From contig OZ252103.1 of assembly GCA_965248395.1 (NCBI GenBank), forward strand, positions 2,602,882 through 2,666,881: a DNA stretch of 64,000 nt, given 5' to 3'. Position 1 is the stretch's first letter, and each line of letters begins with the position of its first letter. Shown here piece after piece: positions 39,032 through 49,218 of the stretch. A model generated the notes under the pieces. The model made no database searches. It was not told the origin of the DNA and saw only the letters and a program-made list of their open reading frames with translations. Source of the DNA: a bacterium (GTDB taxonomy: Bacteria > JAAXHH01). Made by a program: the position numbers and the translations under genes.

Positions 39032-39463
39032 TCACGCGCCCCTTACCCAGAGTGAAACACCTTCAACGCGTTCGATCACACATGCCTGTCCCTGCCCGAT
39101 GGGCGTATCGCCCCGGTTCACGGCATTCCAACTCGTACCCCGCACTTCCACCTTGCCCGTACCCAGAGCCGGAATGTCCTCCATGGCCGTTCCGGATTCA
39201 CCCTCCAGGGTGTGAATCTTTTCGTCAGGTTCCTCGAGATTCAGCTTATCGGAAAGCGTTCGGCGGAACACTACGAGAGAAACGATGGAAAAGATCGTAA
39301 AAAGAAGAACTTGAACCCAGGTAGTGTCAACCAGGCCCGCCCATACCAGCACACCAGTCACGAGTGCGGCGACGCCAAAAAACAGGAGGTAAAAGGCTCC
39401 CGGCGTAGCCATTTCGCCCAGGCAGAGCAGAACACCTCCGATGATCCAGATCCACCAGGCCAT
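39032..39463 (-). CDS. NfeD family membrane protein (partner of SPFH/stomatin)
   Basis: 143 aa; two N-terminal TM helices and a C-terminal OB-fold segment (GTGKVEVRGTSWNAV...GQACVIERVEGVSLWV); sits immediately upstream of the SPFH gene, the classic pairing. Confidence 0.7.
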   Translation of the reverse strand: MAWWIWIIGGVLLCLGEMATPGAFYLLFFGVAALVTGVLVWAGLVDTTWVQVLLFTIFSIVSLVVFRRTLSDKLNLEEPDEKIHTLEGESGTAMEDIPALGTGKVEVRGTSWNAVNRGDTPIGQGQACVIERVEGVSLWVRGA

Positions 39464-39592
39464 CAGACACCCCTCGGATTCAGGTTAGATTACCATCAGG
39501 CTGCGTATCGAGCAAAACTGAAAAGATACTCATCGAGCCGCCGCAAAATCGAGACGCGGCCGTAAAACTCAACATCCGTCAGTGTCAGTCAT

Positions 39593-40846
39593 TCACACTT
39601 CGAGCAACAAGGCCGCGGGAACCTCGATCAGGGACTTTACCCGTACCAGAAATTGCACGGCTTCCCTGCCGTCTATGATCCGGTGGTCGTAGCTGAGCGC
39701 CACGTACATCATGGGCCGAATCACGACCTCCCCATCGATGGCGACCGGCCGGTCGTCGATTCGATGCAAGCCCAGTATACCGACCTGGGGAGGATTCAGG
39801 ATGGGTGTACTCAACATCGAACCGAATACCCCGCCGTTTGTAATGGTGAAGGTACCTCCCCGCAGGTCCTCGAGCGACAGCTTTCCGTCGCCGGCCCTGG
39901 CGGCGTACTGTCGTATGCCGCTTTCGATCTCCGCAAAAGACATACGGTCCGCGTCCCTGAGGACGGGCACCACGAGGCCGTCTTCGGCGCCAACGGCGAT
40001 TCCGATGTCGTAGTAGTGTTTCTTGACAATCGAGTCACCACGGATTTCGGCATTGAGTTCGGGGAAGTCTTTCAGCGCCCCGATAACGGCCTTCACGAAG
40101 AAGGACATGAATCCCAACCGCACACCGTGCCGTTTCTCGAAAGCCTCCCGGTTCCTTCGGCGGATCGTCATCACCGTGCTCATGTCGATCTCGTTGAAGG
40201 TCGTCAGCATCGCCGCGGTTTGCTGCGCCTCCACGAGCCGGCTGGCGATGGTGCGCCGCCGCCGGGACATGGGGATGATCTCCTCCCGGCTTTCGCGGGT
40301 TTCCTCAGTACCGCCAACAGCCGTTCCGGCCGCGTGCGCCGATTCAGGTGTTGCGGTGGATTCGCCGCCATCCCTGGCCGATCCGTCGGATTCATCGGCT
40401 ACTGCGACAGGTACCGCCTCCCCGGCGAGCGCTTTTTCTTTTCTCGCCGCTACAGCCCGCTCCACATCTTCCCGGCATATCCGTCCCCCCATCCCCGTCC
40501 CTTCCAGGCCGGAGAGGGAAATACCCGCTTCGTCCGCCATGCGCCGCGCCACGGGAGTCACCCTATCGTCCGGAACCTCTTCCGAATGTTCCGAGGCCTT
40601 GACCTCGGCGCTGTCGTCCAGCACCCCGAGGAGGTCGCCGATTCGTACGTCCTCGCCCGCCGTCCGTTCAATGCGGACCAGGACACCGCTGTCGCTGGCG
40701 TTCACTTCCAGGCTGACTTTTTCGGTCTCCAGCTCCAGGAGCGCTTCGCCCGTCGAAACCGTTTCGCCTTCCTGCTTGAACCACTTGACGACGGTTGCTT
40801 CTACTATGGACTCACCCAGTTGCGGCACGGTGATGTCGATGGCCAT
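39593..40846 (-). CDS. sucB: Dihydrolipoyllysine-residue succinyltransferase (2-oxoglutarate dehydrogenase E2)
   Basis: Lipoyl domain ([12 protein letters not shown]), E3-binding PSBD ([31 protein letters not shown]), catalytic domain ([17 protein letters not shown]). Confidence 0.85.
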   Translation of the reverse strand: MAIDITVPQLGESIVEATVVKWFKQEGETVSTGEALLELETEKVSLEVNASDSGVLVRIERTAGEDVRIGDLLGVLDDSAEVKASEHSEEVPDDRVTPVARRMADEAGISLSGLEGTGMGGRICREDVERAVAARKEKALAGEAVPVAVADESDGSARDGGESTATPESAHAAGTAVGGTEETRESREEIIPMSRRRRTIASRLVEAQQTAAMLTTFNEIDMSTVMTIRRRNREAFEKRHGVRLGFMSFFVKAVIGALKDFPELNAEIRGDSIVKKHYYDIGIAVGAEDGLVVPVLRDADRMSFAEIESGIRQYAARAGDGKLSLEDLRGGTFTITNGGVFGSMLSTPILNPPQVGILGLHRIDDRPVAIDGEVVIRPMMYVALSYDHRIIDGREAVQFLVRVKSLIEVPAALLLEV

Positions 40847-40957
40847 TTCAAACTCCCTGGGTCATCATTACGATTGCTGTCCTACCCAACGTTTCGTGAT
40901 CTTAGGTACCCTGACAACTGCTCGAATCGAACAAAATGCGCTAAGCGCGGCGATCTG

Positions 40958-43819
40958 TCAATTCATCTCGATGTTTCCCGACGCCCCCATGGTATAGGCC
41001 ATTTTAACGAGGTTCTGCTGGTTCAGGTTGTGGATGGCGGTCGAACCCTCCGATGGAACCGCGCTCGGCGGGCGGGAAACACGCAGGAGTGGACAGCGAT
41101 CGTCCATGGCGGTTTCCAGGACCTTGCGCAAGTAATCCCAGGCTCCCATGTTCTCCGGTTCTTCCTGGAGCCAGACGATTTCCTCCAGGTTGGGGTACTG
41201 ATCGATGATCTTTTCCAACTGGTCCACGGCAACGGGATAGAGTTGTTCAATGCGCACAATAGCGGCGTGGGAAGCGCTTTCCCATTGACCGTCGTTCATC
41301 AGGTCGACATACACCTTGCCGCTGCAGAAAACCAGGCGCCGGATCTTTTCGGGTGCTTTGTGCGCTCTTTCGTCCTCGATGATCGGTTTCCATTTGCCTT
41401 CCGACAGTTCACGGGCCGAAGAAGCCACGTCCGGATGGCGCAGCAGGCTCTTTGGAGTCATGATGATCAGCGGAAGGGGATCGGATTCCAGGAGCCGCGA
41501 CTGGCGCCGCAACAGGTGAAAATACTGGGCTGCCGTGGTGCAGTTGGCCACGCGTATGTTGAAATCGGCGCCAAATGAAAGGAATCGTTCCATCAGACCG
41601 CTGGAATGATCCGGTCCCTGTCCCTCGAATCCGTGAGGCAGCAGGATGGTCAGCGACGAAGTCTGGCCCCACTTGGCGCGGCCGGAAACGAGAAACTCGT
41701 CGATGATGATCTGGGCGCCGTCGATGAAATCGCCGTACTGGGCTTCCCAGAGTACAAAGCGCTCGGGCGCCTGGATGCTGTACCCGTATTCGAAACCCAG
41801 GGCGGCGTACTCGGTTAGCGGCGTGTTACGCGTCTCAAAGGAGGCGTTCGCCTGCGGAAGCCGGCGCAATGGTGTCCAGGCCAGATCGGTCTCGTAGTCG
41901 TGCAACACGTTGTGACGCTGGCTGAAGGTCCCCCGTTCCACGTCCTGGCCGGTCAGCCTGACCGGTACCCCGTCCTCGATGATCGAGGCGAACGCGAGGG
42001 TCTCCGCCATGGCCCAGTCTATTTTCCGCGCATCCACGTCGTCCAGCGCACGACGCCGGCGTTCGATCACCCGGGTAAGCCTGGGGTGCAAGGTAAAGGT
42101 ATCCGGAAATGTCCACAGTGAATCGTTCAGGTTCTTGAGACGACGCAGGGAAACGGAAGATCTTACGCGTTTCGCGGTGCCCGATCTGGGTGGGTTGTGG
42201 TAGGGCTCCACGAGCACTTCTTCCGGTTTCAGTTCATCCAGCATTTTCTGCATGCCTGTCATACGTTCGGCGACCATTTCTTCCGGTTTTGCCGCTTCGA
42301 TCAGCCCCTCCGACACGAGACGGTCGGCCCAGAGCTTTCTCACCGTCGGATGGGCTTCGATCCTCCGGTAGAGACTGGGTTGGGTGAGCGAAGGGTCGTC
42401 CCCCTCGTTGTGGCCGTGCCGGCGATACCCGATCAGGTCGATCAGGAAGTCCTTGCGGAACTTGACACGGTAGGCGTAGGCGATCCGGGCGGCTTCCACG
42501 CAGGCCGCCGGATCATCGGCGTTGACATGGATAATGGGTATTTCAAATCCCCGTGCGATATCACTGGCATACAGTGTACTGCGGGACTGCTGCGACGGCG
42601 TGGTGTAGCCAAGCTGGTTGTTGGTGATGACATGGATCGTGCCACCCGTCCGGAATCCTGGAATGCGGTACAGCGTGAATGTTTCCGCTACGACGCCCTG
42701 GCCCGAAAAGGCCGCGTCGCCATGGATCAGAATGGGCAGGTTTCGTTCGGGCAGCGGCCGGACGTCTCCCGGCAGGTTAACGATCGTCCCCGCGGCGCGG
42801 GCCATGCCCTCCAGCACGGGATTGACCGCTTCCAGGTGGCTTGGGTTCGGCGCAAGATGAATCTGCAGGTCCACCTCCTTGCCCTTGTTTTTATCCAGGT
42901 ACGTCCGCTGGGCGCCGCTATGATACTTCACGTCGCCGGTCCACCCCGTATCGTTGCCTGTCTTGTTTACCCGCTGGACCGGATCCCTGAATTCAGCCAG
43001 GATATGTTCGTAGGGTTTGTTCAGGATGTGCGCCAGTACATTCAGCCTGCCCCGGTGGGCCATACCGATCAGGATGTTGAAGGTGTTTTTCTCCGCGGCC
43101 TCGCCGATCACCCAGTCCAGGATGAGGATCATCGTATCCAGGCCTTCAATGGAAAACCGCGTCTTGCCTGGAAAGGTCCGATGCAGAAACTGCTCGAAGA
43201 CCTCCACCTGCGTGAGCCGGTCCAGCATGGCCAGTGCGCTGTGTTGGTCCTCCGAGGGTCTGAACCGCCCCGTTTCCGCCACTTCCTGCAACCATTCCCG
43301 CTCTCCCGGGACCTCGATGTGCATATAGTCGTACCCGGTGGTCGACGAATAGACGCGCTTTAGTTTTTTCAGCGCCTCGGACGCGTTGCCGCACTGCTTG
43401 CCCACAGGACCGCCGATCAGGGAAGAAGGCAGCTGACGCATCGTCTCTTCCGTCACGCCATGGGCCTGGAGTTCCAGTTCCGTCAGGGGATCGCCGAGCA
43501 AGGCGTCGTCCGCGGTCGCGAAGACGGAATAAGGGAAATACCTGGGATCGGCCAGGGGATCCAGGTGGGCCCCCAGGTGACCGTACTCCCGGACGTTCTG
43601 GGCAAGATTGGCGATGAAGACGATCTGGTCGATATCGGCTGGACAGGCGGGGAAATCACCCGCAGTTCCGCCTGCGGGTTCGCCGTTGAGGGAAGGCGCA
43701 TGACGGGAGAACAACTCACGCGTGGCCGCATCGACGGAATCGGGGTCCTCGAGGTACCGTTCGTACATCGCGATCACATAACCGGCGTTCGGACCATGAA
43801 ACTCGCGCAAGAGATCCAA
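40958..43819 (-). CDS. sucA: 2-oxoglutarate dehydrogenase E1 component
   Basis: 953 aa; characteristic OGDH E1 N-terminus (FHGPNAGYVIAMYERYLEDPDSVD) and the TPP/transketolase-like core. Confidence 0.85.
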   Translation of the reverse strand: MDLLREFHGPNAGYVIAMYERYLEDPDSVDAATRELFSRHAPSLNGEPAGGTAGDFPACPADIDQIVFIANLAQNVREYGHLGAHLDPLADPRYFPYSVFATADDALLGDPLTELELQAHGVTEETMRQLPSSLIGGPVGKQCGNASEALKKLKRVYSSTTGYDYMHIEVPGEREWLQEVAETGRFRPSEDQHSALAMLDRLTQVEVFEQFLHRTFPGKTRFSIEGLDTMILILDWVIGEAAEKNTFNILIGMAHRGRLNVLAHILNKPYEHILAEFRDPVQRVNKTGNDTGWTGDVKYHSGAQRTYLDKNKGKEVDLQIHLAPNPSHLEAVNPVLEGMARAAGTIVNLPGDVRPLPERNLPILIHGDAAFSGQGVVAETFTLYRIPGFRTGGTIHVITNNQLGYTTPSQQSRSTLYASDIARGFEIPIIHVNADDPAACVEAARIAYAYRVKFRKDFLIDLIGYRRHGHNEGDDPSLTQPSLYRRIEAHPTVRKLWADRLVSEGLIEAAKPEEMVAERMTGMQKMLDELKPEEVLVEPYHNPPRSGTAKRVRSSVSLRRLKNLNDSLWTFPDTFTLHPRLTRVIERRRRALDDVDARKIDWAMAETLAFASIIEDGVPVRLTGQDVERGTFSQRHNVLHDYETDLAWTPLRRLPQANASFETRNTPLTEYAALGFEYGYSIQAPERFVLWEAQYGDFIDGAQIIIDEFLVSGRAKWGQTSSLTILLPHGFEGQGPDHSSGLMERFLSFGADFNIRVANCTTAAQYFHLLRRQSRLLESDPLPLIIMTPKSLLRHPDVASSARELSEGKWKPIIEDERAHKAPEKIRRLVFCSGKVYVDLMNDGQWESASHAAIVRIEQLYPVAVDQLEKIIDQYPNLEEIVWLQEEPENMGAWDYLRKVLETAMDDRCPLLRVSRPPSAVPSEGSTAIHNLNQQNLVKMAYTMGASGNIEMN

Positions 43820-44106
43820 GCGAAATCCTCCTTCTGGCGTCTATACCGACGTAAAAGGATGATCTGGAAATGGTACCTGTTTACCGACGCGACACCTCCG
43901 ATTCCTCAACGTTGCAATCCGCATAGGAAGATAGTTATGGCCGGCCAGAAAGGCAAATGAATTGTAGGGTTTGAGACCGGGATTTAAAGCGCTTGATGAG
44001 GGGATGATTTCCCGATTAGTATCTTGACTTTTTGAAGACCTGTACGTTACTTCCTCATTTCGGTCTCGTTACATGTTATACGGTTATTACCCGGAGTGTC
44101 GAAATC

Positions 44107-45342
44107 ATGAATTTGAGCAGTCTGAAGGGCAGGACCGTTGGGGCGGCGGTATCGGGTGGACTGGACAGTTGCACCGTCACACGCTGGCTAACCGACCACG
44201 ACGTCGACGTAGTGTGCGTTACCGCAGATCTCGGTCAGCCGGATGAAGAACGCATGGACTATGTCGCGGAGCGGATGATGCGGTGCGGCGCAAGGGAAGC
44301 CGTGATCGTGGACGCGAAGGATCAACTGGCACAGGCCGGTATCGAGGTTGTTCAGTGCCAGGCCATGTACGAGGGAAACTACTGGAACACGACAGGCATA
44401 GCCCGGCACATCACCGTACGGACCCTGCTTCCCGAACTTAAAAAACGCGGGATCGAAATCCTGTCCCACGGCGCGACCGGCCGCGGGAACGACCAGGTCA
44501 GGTTTCAACTCGTAACCAACATGATCGACCCGTCGGTAGAGGTCTACGCCCCATGGCGCGACCAGGCCTTTTTAAACGACTTCCCCGGAAGGAAGGAAAT
44601 GATCGACTTCTGCGAAGACCGGCAGTTGCCGATCCAGGCTTCCCACGAGAAGCCCTATTCCACGGATGCCAATATTCTCGGCCTGACCCACGAGGCCGGT
44701 CGTCTCGAGTCGCTCGAAACCCCGGCCGGATTCATTACGCCCGGCATGGGCGTTCATCCCCGTGAGGCGCCCGAATCGTCCGAATTCTTTGCCGTACGAT
44801 TCGAACAGGGCATTCCCGTCCGGATAAATGAAGAACCGGTCACGCCCCTTTCAGCCATCGAAACGGCAAACCGGATCGGCGGGAGAAACGGGGTTGGAAT
44901 CGGTATCCACACGGTGGAAAACCGTTTCGTGGGTATCAAGAGCAGGGGCGTCTACGAATCACCGGCCATGACGCTTCTTGGACAGTGCTACGAGTACTTG
45001 CTGCAGCTCATACTCGACCGGCGCGCCCGCCGCACCTTCGACCAGACCTCGGCGGTGATCGCGGAACAGATCTACCAGGGCTACTGGTACGATCCGTCGA
45101 CACAGGCTCTCCGGGCTTCCGTAGACGTGTTCAACAGGCTGGCCACGGGGACGATCCGGGTCGAACTGTACAAGGGCCATGTCTCCTTTCAGTCGGCCGA
45201 AGATGTCCCGCACTCCCTCTATTCGGAAACGACGGCATCCATGGAGGGCGTGGGCGACTTCGACCACAAGGATTCCGAGGGTTTTCTCGGCGTATTGGGG
45301 GTCAGCGCGAGGGCGCTCAAATCCTCCAGCCAGACGCGATAA
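44107..45342 (+). CDS. argG: Argininosuccinate synthase (E. coli-type long form)
   Basis: GAAVSGGLDSCTVTRWL...TADLGQPDEE...GATGRGNDQVRF...YSTDANILGLTHEA aligns along E. coli ArgG. Start at ATG 44107 (MNLSSLKGRTVG) rather than the ORF-track 44032. Confidence 0.85.
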   Translation: MNLSSLKGRTVGAAVSGGLDSCTVTRWLTDHDVDVVCVTADLGQPDEERMDYVAERMMRCGAREAVIVDAKDQLAQAGIEVVQCQAMYEGNYWNTTGIARHITVRTLLPELKKRGIEILSHGATGRGNDQVRFQLVTNMIDPSVEVYAPWRDQAFLNDFPGRKEMIDFCEDRQLPIQASHEKPYSTDANILGLTHEAGRLESLETPAGFITPGMGVHPREAPESSEFFAVRFEQGIPVRINEEPVTPLSAIETANRIGGRNGVGIGIHTVENRFVGIKSRGVYESPAMTLLGQCYEYLLQLILDRRARRTFDQTSAVIAEQIYQGYWYDPSTQALRASVDVFNRLATGTIRVELYKGHVSFQSAEDVPHSLYSETTASMEGVGDFDHKDSEGFLGVLGVSARALKSSSQTR

Positions 45343-45375
45343 ACGGGAAGGAAAGACGACGGGAGGGTAACGTCC

Positions 45376-45798
45376 ATGCCAGTGGGTACGAAGAACAAAG
45401 TGATTCCAGGATGCGGTACCCATCACTTGGCCATTCAGTCGAGGGACTGGAACGCATCGCTGCAGTTGTACCGGGATGTCCTCGGGATGAACATCGTGGC
45501 GGAATTCGGACCTGAGGAACGCAGGATCATGCTCCTCGACACCGGGGACGGCAGCCACATCGAGCTGTTCCAGCCCACGGACGAAACCCCGGATCCGGGC
45601 GGGCCTGCTCCCAACGATCCGGTCACGCACCTTGCCCTGGCCACGACGGACACGCGGACCGCGACCGAACATGTCCGTTCCCATGGATACGAGGTAACCG
45701 TCGAACCGAAGGATGTCAATCTCGGGGGACTGGACGTAACCATTGCGTTCTTTAAAGGTCCTAGCGGCGAAGTGGTCGAATTCTTCCAGGTACATTGA
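45376..45798 (+). CDS. VOC family protein (glyoxalase-like)
   Basis: THHLAIQSRDWNASLQLYRDVLGMNIV...HIELFQ...HLALATTDTRTATEHVRSHGYEV. Confidence 0.65.
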   Translation: MPVGTKNKVIPGCGTHHLAIQSRDWNASLQLYRDVLGMNIVAEFGPEERRIMLLDTGDGSHIELFQPTDETPDPGGPAPNDPVTHLALATTDTRTATEHVRSHGYEVTVEPKDVNLGGLDVTIAFFKGPSGEVVEFFQVH

Positions 45799-45874
45799 CC
45801 GACTGCTGAAACCGCAGCGACCCTTCCCCGTTTTTGAAATCACATACGCTCACCCACAACCACGGTACCTTCCT

Positions 45875-47458
45875 ATGTATCGATTCATCAGTACCCTGGC
45901 CCTCTTCCTGGTGACATTGAATCCGGTTTCCGCCCAGGATTACGACGTTTCCGAACTCCAGACCCGCGCGGAACTGTCCTATTTCGACGAGACGACACGG
46001 TACGTAGAGGTCATGTCGTTTTTGCGGGCAGCCGTGCTCATCTCCGACCGGCTCCATCTGACCGAATTCGGCTACACGACCGAAGGACGGAGACTGCCCC
46101 TGCTCGTCTACGGCGACCTATGGGACGCGACCGCCGAGGAAGTCGTCCAGGCCGGCAAGACCCGGGTATTCATCCAGGCGAACATCCACGCGGGGGAGGT
46201 CTGCGGGAAGGAAGCCCTGCTCATGCTCATCCGGGAACTGGCGTCCGGGGAGCACTCGGCCTGGGCCGATTCGCTGGTGCTGCTCATGGCGCCCATATAC
46301 AACGCGGACGGCAACGAAAGGATCAGCCTGTACAACCGTCCACGCCAACACGGCCCCGTGGGCGGCATGGGACAACGGTCCAATGCCCAGGGTTTCGACC
46401 TCAACCGCGATCACATGAAACTGGACTCCCCCGAGGCGCGTTCCCTCGTCGGGCTGATGAACGTATACGATCCCCATGTGCTCATCGATCTCCACACGAC
46501 CAACGGGACCGTACACGGCTACCACCTGACCTACTCGCCGCCGCTCAATCCCAACACCGCCAACCCGATCATCGACCTGCTGCGGGGGGAATGGCTGCCC
46601 GCAGTGAGTGAAACCATTCGGGAGACCTACGGTTGGGAGTTTTACTACTATGGCAACGTTCCAAGGACCGGTTCGACCCGTGAACGGGGCTGGTACACCT
46701 TTGATCACCGACCCCGGTTCAACAACAATTACGTCGGACTCAGAAACCGTATCGCCATACTCAGTGAAGCCTATTCCTACGCGTCGTTTGAAGAACGTAT
46801 CCTGGCCACCCTGGCGTTCGTGAAGGAAAATCTGCACTACGCCCACCGGAATGCGGCTACGATCCGCCAGACCCTCGAAACCGTGGACCTGGCGACCATC
46901 GTGGGTAAAGACCTGGCCGTTCGTTCCGACTACTCCCGGTCCGCGGAACCCATCGATATCCTGCTGGGCGAAGTCGCGGAAACCCCTAATCCGTACACTG
47001 GTGAAGTCATGTATCTCAGGGAGGAAACCGTAAATCCTTCCTCGATGTACGAATACGGTCAATTCTCCGCGATAGAAACCGAACGCGCGCCCCGGACCTA
47101 TTTCGTGCCACCCTCGCTGACCGCCGTGATCGAGCGGCTCAGCGCGCACGGCGTATGGTTCGAAGAGCTTTCCAGTACAAGGGAACTGGCACTGGAGAGG
47201 TTCAGGATAGATTCGACGCTGGTGGCTTCCCAACCCTTCCAGGGCAGGCACGAACGGACCCTGTCCGGCGCGTACGAGCCGGTGGTCCAGACACTGGCAG
47301 CCGGCACGCTGGTCGTACCGGTCGATCAGCAACTGGGTAGACTGGTTTTCTATCTGCTGGAACCCCGGTCCGACGACGGCCTGGTCGCGTGGGCACTGAT
47401 GGACGACGTCCTGGAAGATGCGGAATACTATCCCATCCTGCGCGAACCGGCCGATTAG
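45875..47458 (+). CDS. M14 family zinc carboxypeptidase, secreted
   Basis: Signal peptide MYRFISTLALFLVTLNPVSAQ; zinc-binding HAGE (QANIHAGEVCG) and downstream M14 core (NADGNE...DLNRDH...DLHTTNG). Confidence 0.75.
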   Translation: MYRFISTLALFLVTLNPVSAQDYDVSELQTRAELSYFDETTRYVEVMSFLRAAVLISDRLHLTEFGYTTEGRRLPLLVYGDLWDATAEEVVQAGKTRVFIQANIHAGEVCGKEALLMLIRELASGEHSAWADSLVLLMAPIYNADGNERISLYNRPRQHGPVGGMGQRSNAQGFDLNRDHMKLDSPEARSLVGLMNVYDPHVLIDLHTTNGTVHGYHLTYSPPLNPNTANPIIDLLRGEWLPAVSETIRETYGWEFYYYGNVPRTGSTRERGWYTFDHRPRFNNNYVGLRNRIAILSEAYSYASFEERILATLAFVKENLHYAHRNAATIRQTLETVDLATIVGKDLAVRSDYSRSAEPIDILLGEVAETPNPYTGEVMYLREETVNPSSMYEYGQFSAIETERAPRTYFVPPSLTAVIERLSAHGVWFEELSSTRELALERFRIDSTLVASQPFQGRHERTLSGAYEPVVQTLAAGTLVVPVDQQLGRLVFYLLEPRSDDGLVAWALMDDVLEDAEYYPILREPAD

Positions 47459-47491
47459 CTGCTAGCGGGAATCCCACCCCACGGAGCCGCC

Positions 47492-48454
47492 ATGCCCAGA
47501 CGCGTCATCCTGGACACGGATACGGGAGTCGACGACGCGCTGGCCATCCTGCTGGCCATGCGGTCCCCCGAACTGACCGTCGAAGCCATCACGGGGGTCT
47601 GCGGTAACACACCCCTGGACCACTGCATTCGCAACATTCACATCGCGCTGAACGTACTTGATGGCGAGGTGGCGCCGGTAGTGTCCCAGGGTGAGGTCCG
47701 ACCGCTGGTACGCGAACTGGCCTTCGCGGGGGATATTCACGGGAATGACGGACTGGGCGAGGTGACCCGCCTCACGAATGTCGATGGGTCCCGTATCTAC
47801 CCTGAGCCGTCATGCTGGGTAAGTCCAGTACATGCGGTGGACCTGATACTGAAAAGCACTGAGCGGTATTCGGATGAACTGACCCTGATCGCCGTGGGCC
47901 CGCTGACCAATGTCGCAAGGGCCATCATGAAGGATCCGGACCGGATGCGCGGACTCCGGGAAATCATCATCATGGGCGGCGCTTTCGAGACGCGCGGCAA
48001 TGTCTCCCCGGTAGCGGAATTCAACATCCACGCCGACCCCCATGCCGCCCAGATCGTTTGCGACTCGGGGATCCCGCTACTGTTCGTTCCCCTCGACGTG
48101 ACCCGGCAGGCCTTGCTTGACGCGGAATTGATAAACCGTTATGCCCAAGAGGGAGGCGCCAGGGCGACCTTCGTACGCGATTGCACCGCCCGTTACGTCG
48201 CGTTTCACCGGCGCAACAGGGGGGCCAACGGATGCTTTCTGCACGATCCCCTTGCCGTGGCTGTCGCTATCCGGGTAGATCTCGTAACGCTGGTGCCGGC
48301 AAGGGTGGACGTGGAAACCGCCGGCGACCTCACCACGGGCATGACCGTCGCCGACCTCCGGTCACAGTCAGAGGGCGAACCGAACGCAAGGGTTTGCACC
48401 GCGCTGGACGTCCGTGAATTCTTATCACTGTTTGAGGAGAGGGTGCTCGCATGA
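47492..48454 (+). CDS. Nucleoside hydrolase (IU-NH family)
   Basis: N-terminal DTDTGVDDALAILLA aspartate cluster; ~320 aa. Confidence 0.8.
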   Translation: MPRRVILDTDTGVDDALAILLAMRSPELTVEAITGVCGNTPLDHCIRNIHIALNVLDGEVAPVVSQGEVRPLVRELAFAGDIHGNDGLGEVTRLTNVDGSRIYPEPSCWVSPVHAVDLILKSTERYSDELTLIAVGPLTNVARAIMKDPDRMRGLREIIIMGGAFETRGNVSPVAEFNIHADPHAAQIVCDSGIPLLFVPLDVTRQALLDAELINRYAQEGGARATFVRDCTARYVAFHRRNRGANGCFLHDPLAVAVAIRVDLVTLVPARVDVETAGDLTTGMTVADLRSQSEGEPNARVCTALDVREFLSLFEERVLA

Positions 48455-49185
48455 TCCTCAAGGACCGCACGGCAATCGTCACTGGTGGCGGGCAGGGTAT
48501 CGGCCAGGCGATATGCAGGATCTTCGCGGAAGAAGGCGCTTCCGTCGTGGTCGTGGACATCGACGAATCCCGGGCACTGCAGACGGTCTGTCAACTGAAT
48601 GGAGACGGTCTGAAGGTACGGGCGGTCCAGACCGATGTTTCAGACGGACCGGCGGTAAAGGCCCTCGTCGCCGGCGTCGTCGAGGATTCCGGCCGCGTCG
48701 ATATTCTCGTGAACAACGCGGGACTCGGATTGTTCAGGTCGGTAGAACAGTGCACGGAAGAGGAATGGGACCAGGTGATGGCCGTGAATCTCAAGGGGCC
48801 TTTCCTGTTGGCGAAAGCCGTATTACCAGCGATGCAGGCGCAAAAAAGCGGTGCGATGGTCAACATGGTATCGGTGGCGGGCAAGACCGGCGGTGTGGTG
48901 TCCGGCGCGCCTTACTCGGTATCCAAGGCCGGACTCGAGTGCCTGACCAAGTCGCTGGCACGGGAACTGGCGCCCCACGGGGTACGGGTAAACGCCATTG
49001 CGCCCGGAATCATAGAGACCCCGTTGACCGCCCATCACGATCCATCGTTCATCGAAGCGATTCCCCTCGGAGGCAAGGGGGAACCCCGGGACGTTGCCGA
49101 GGCGGCGCTGTTCCTGGCATCGGATCGATCCCGTCATATCACGGGCGAAATCCTGGATGTCAACGGCGGTTTGCTGATGGATTGA
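48451..49185 (+). CDS. SDR family oxidoreductase (FabG-like)
   Basis: TGGGQGIGQAI cofactor motif, NNAG, YSVSKAG catalytic YxxxK; start overlaps the upstream stop (ATGA). Confidence 0.85.
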   Translation: MILKDRTAIVTGGGQGIGQAICRIFAEEGASVVVVDIDESRALQTVCQLNGDGLKVRAVQTDVSDGPAVKALVAGVVEDSGRVDILVNNAGLGLFRSVEQCTEEEWDQVMAVNLKGPFLLAKAVLPAMQAQKSGAMVNMVSVAGKTGGVVSGAPYSVSKAGLECLTKSLARELAPHGVRVNAIAPGIIETPLTAHHDPSFIEAIPLGGKGEPRDVAEAALFLASDRSRHITGEILDVNGGLLMD

Positions 49186-49218
49186 CCCACTTACAGGATC
49201 GAGCGCGAGGACGGAATA

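Noticed and set aside
39653-41578. 641-aa + strand ORF
   Set aside because: Antisense to sucB/sucA, both of which have unambiguous conserved motifs; long open antisense frames are expected at ~62% GC.
46118-47332. 404-aa minus-strand ORF
   Set aside because: Antisense to the M14 carboxypeptidase gene, which has a clear signal peptide and zinc-binding motifs.
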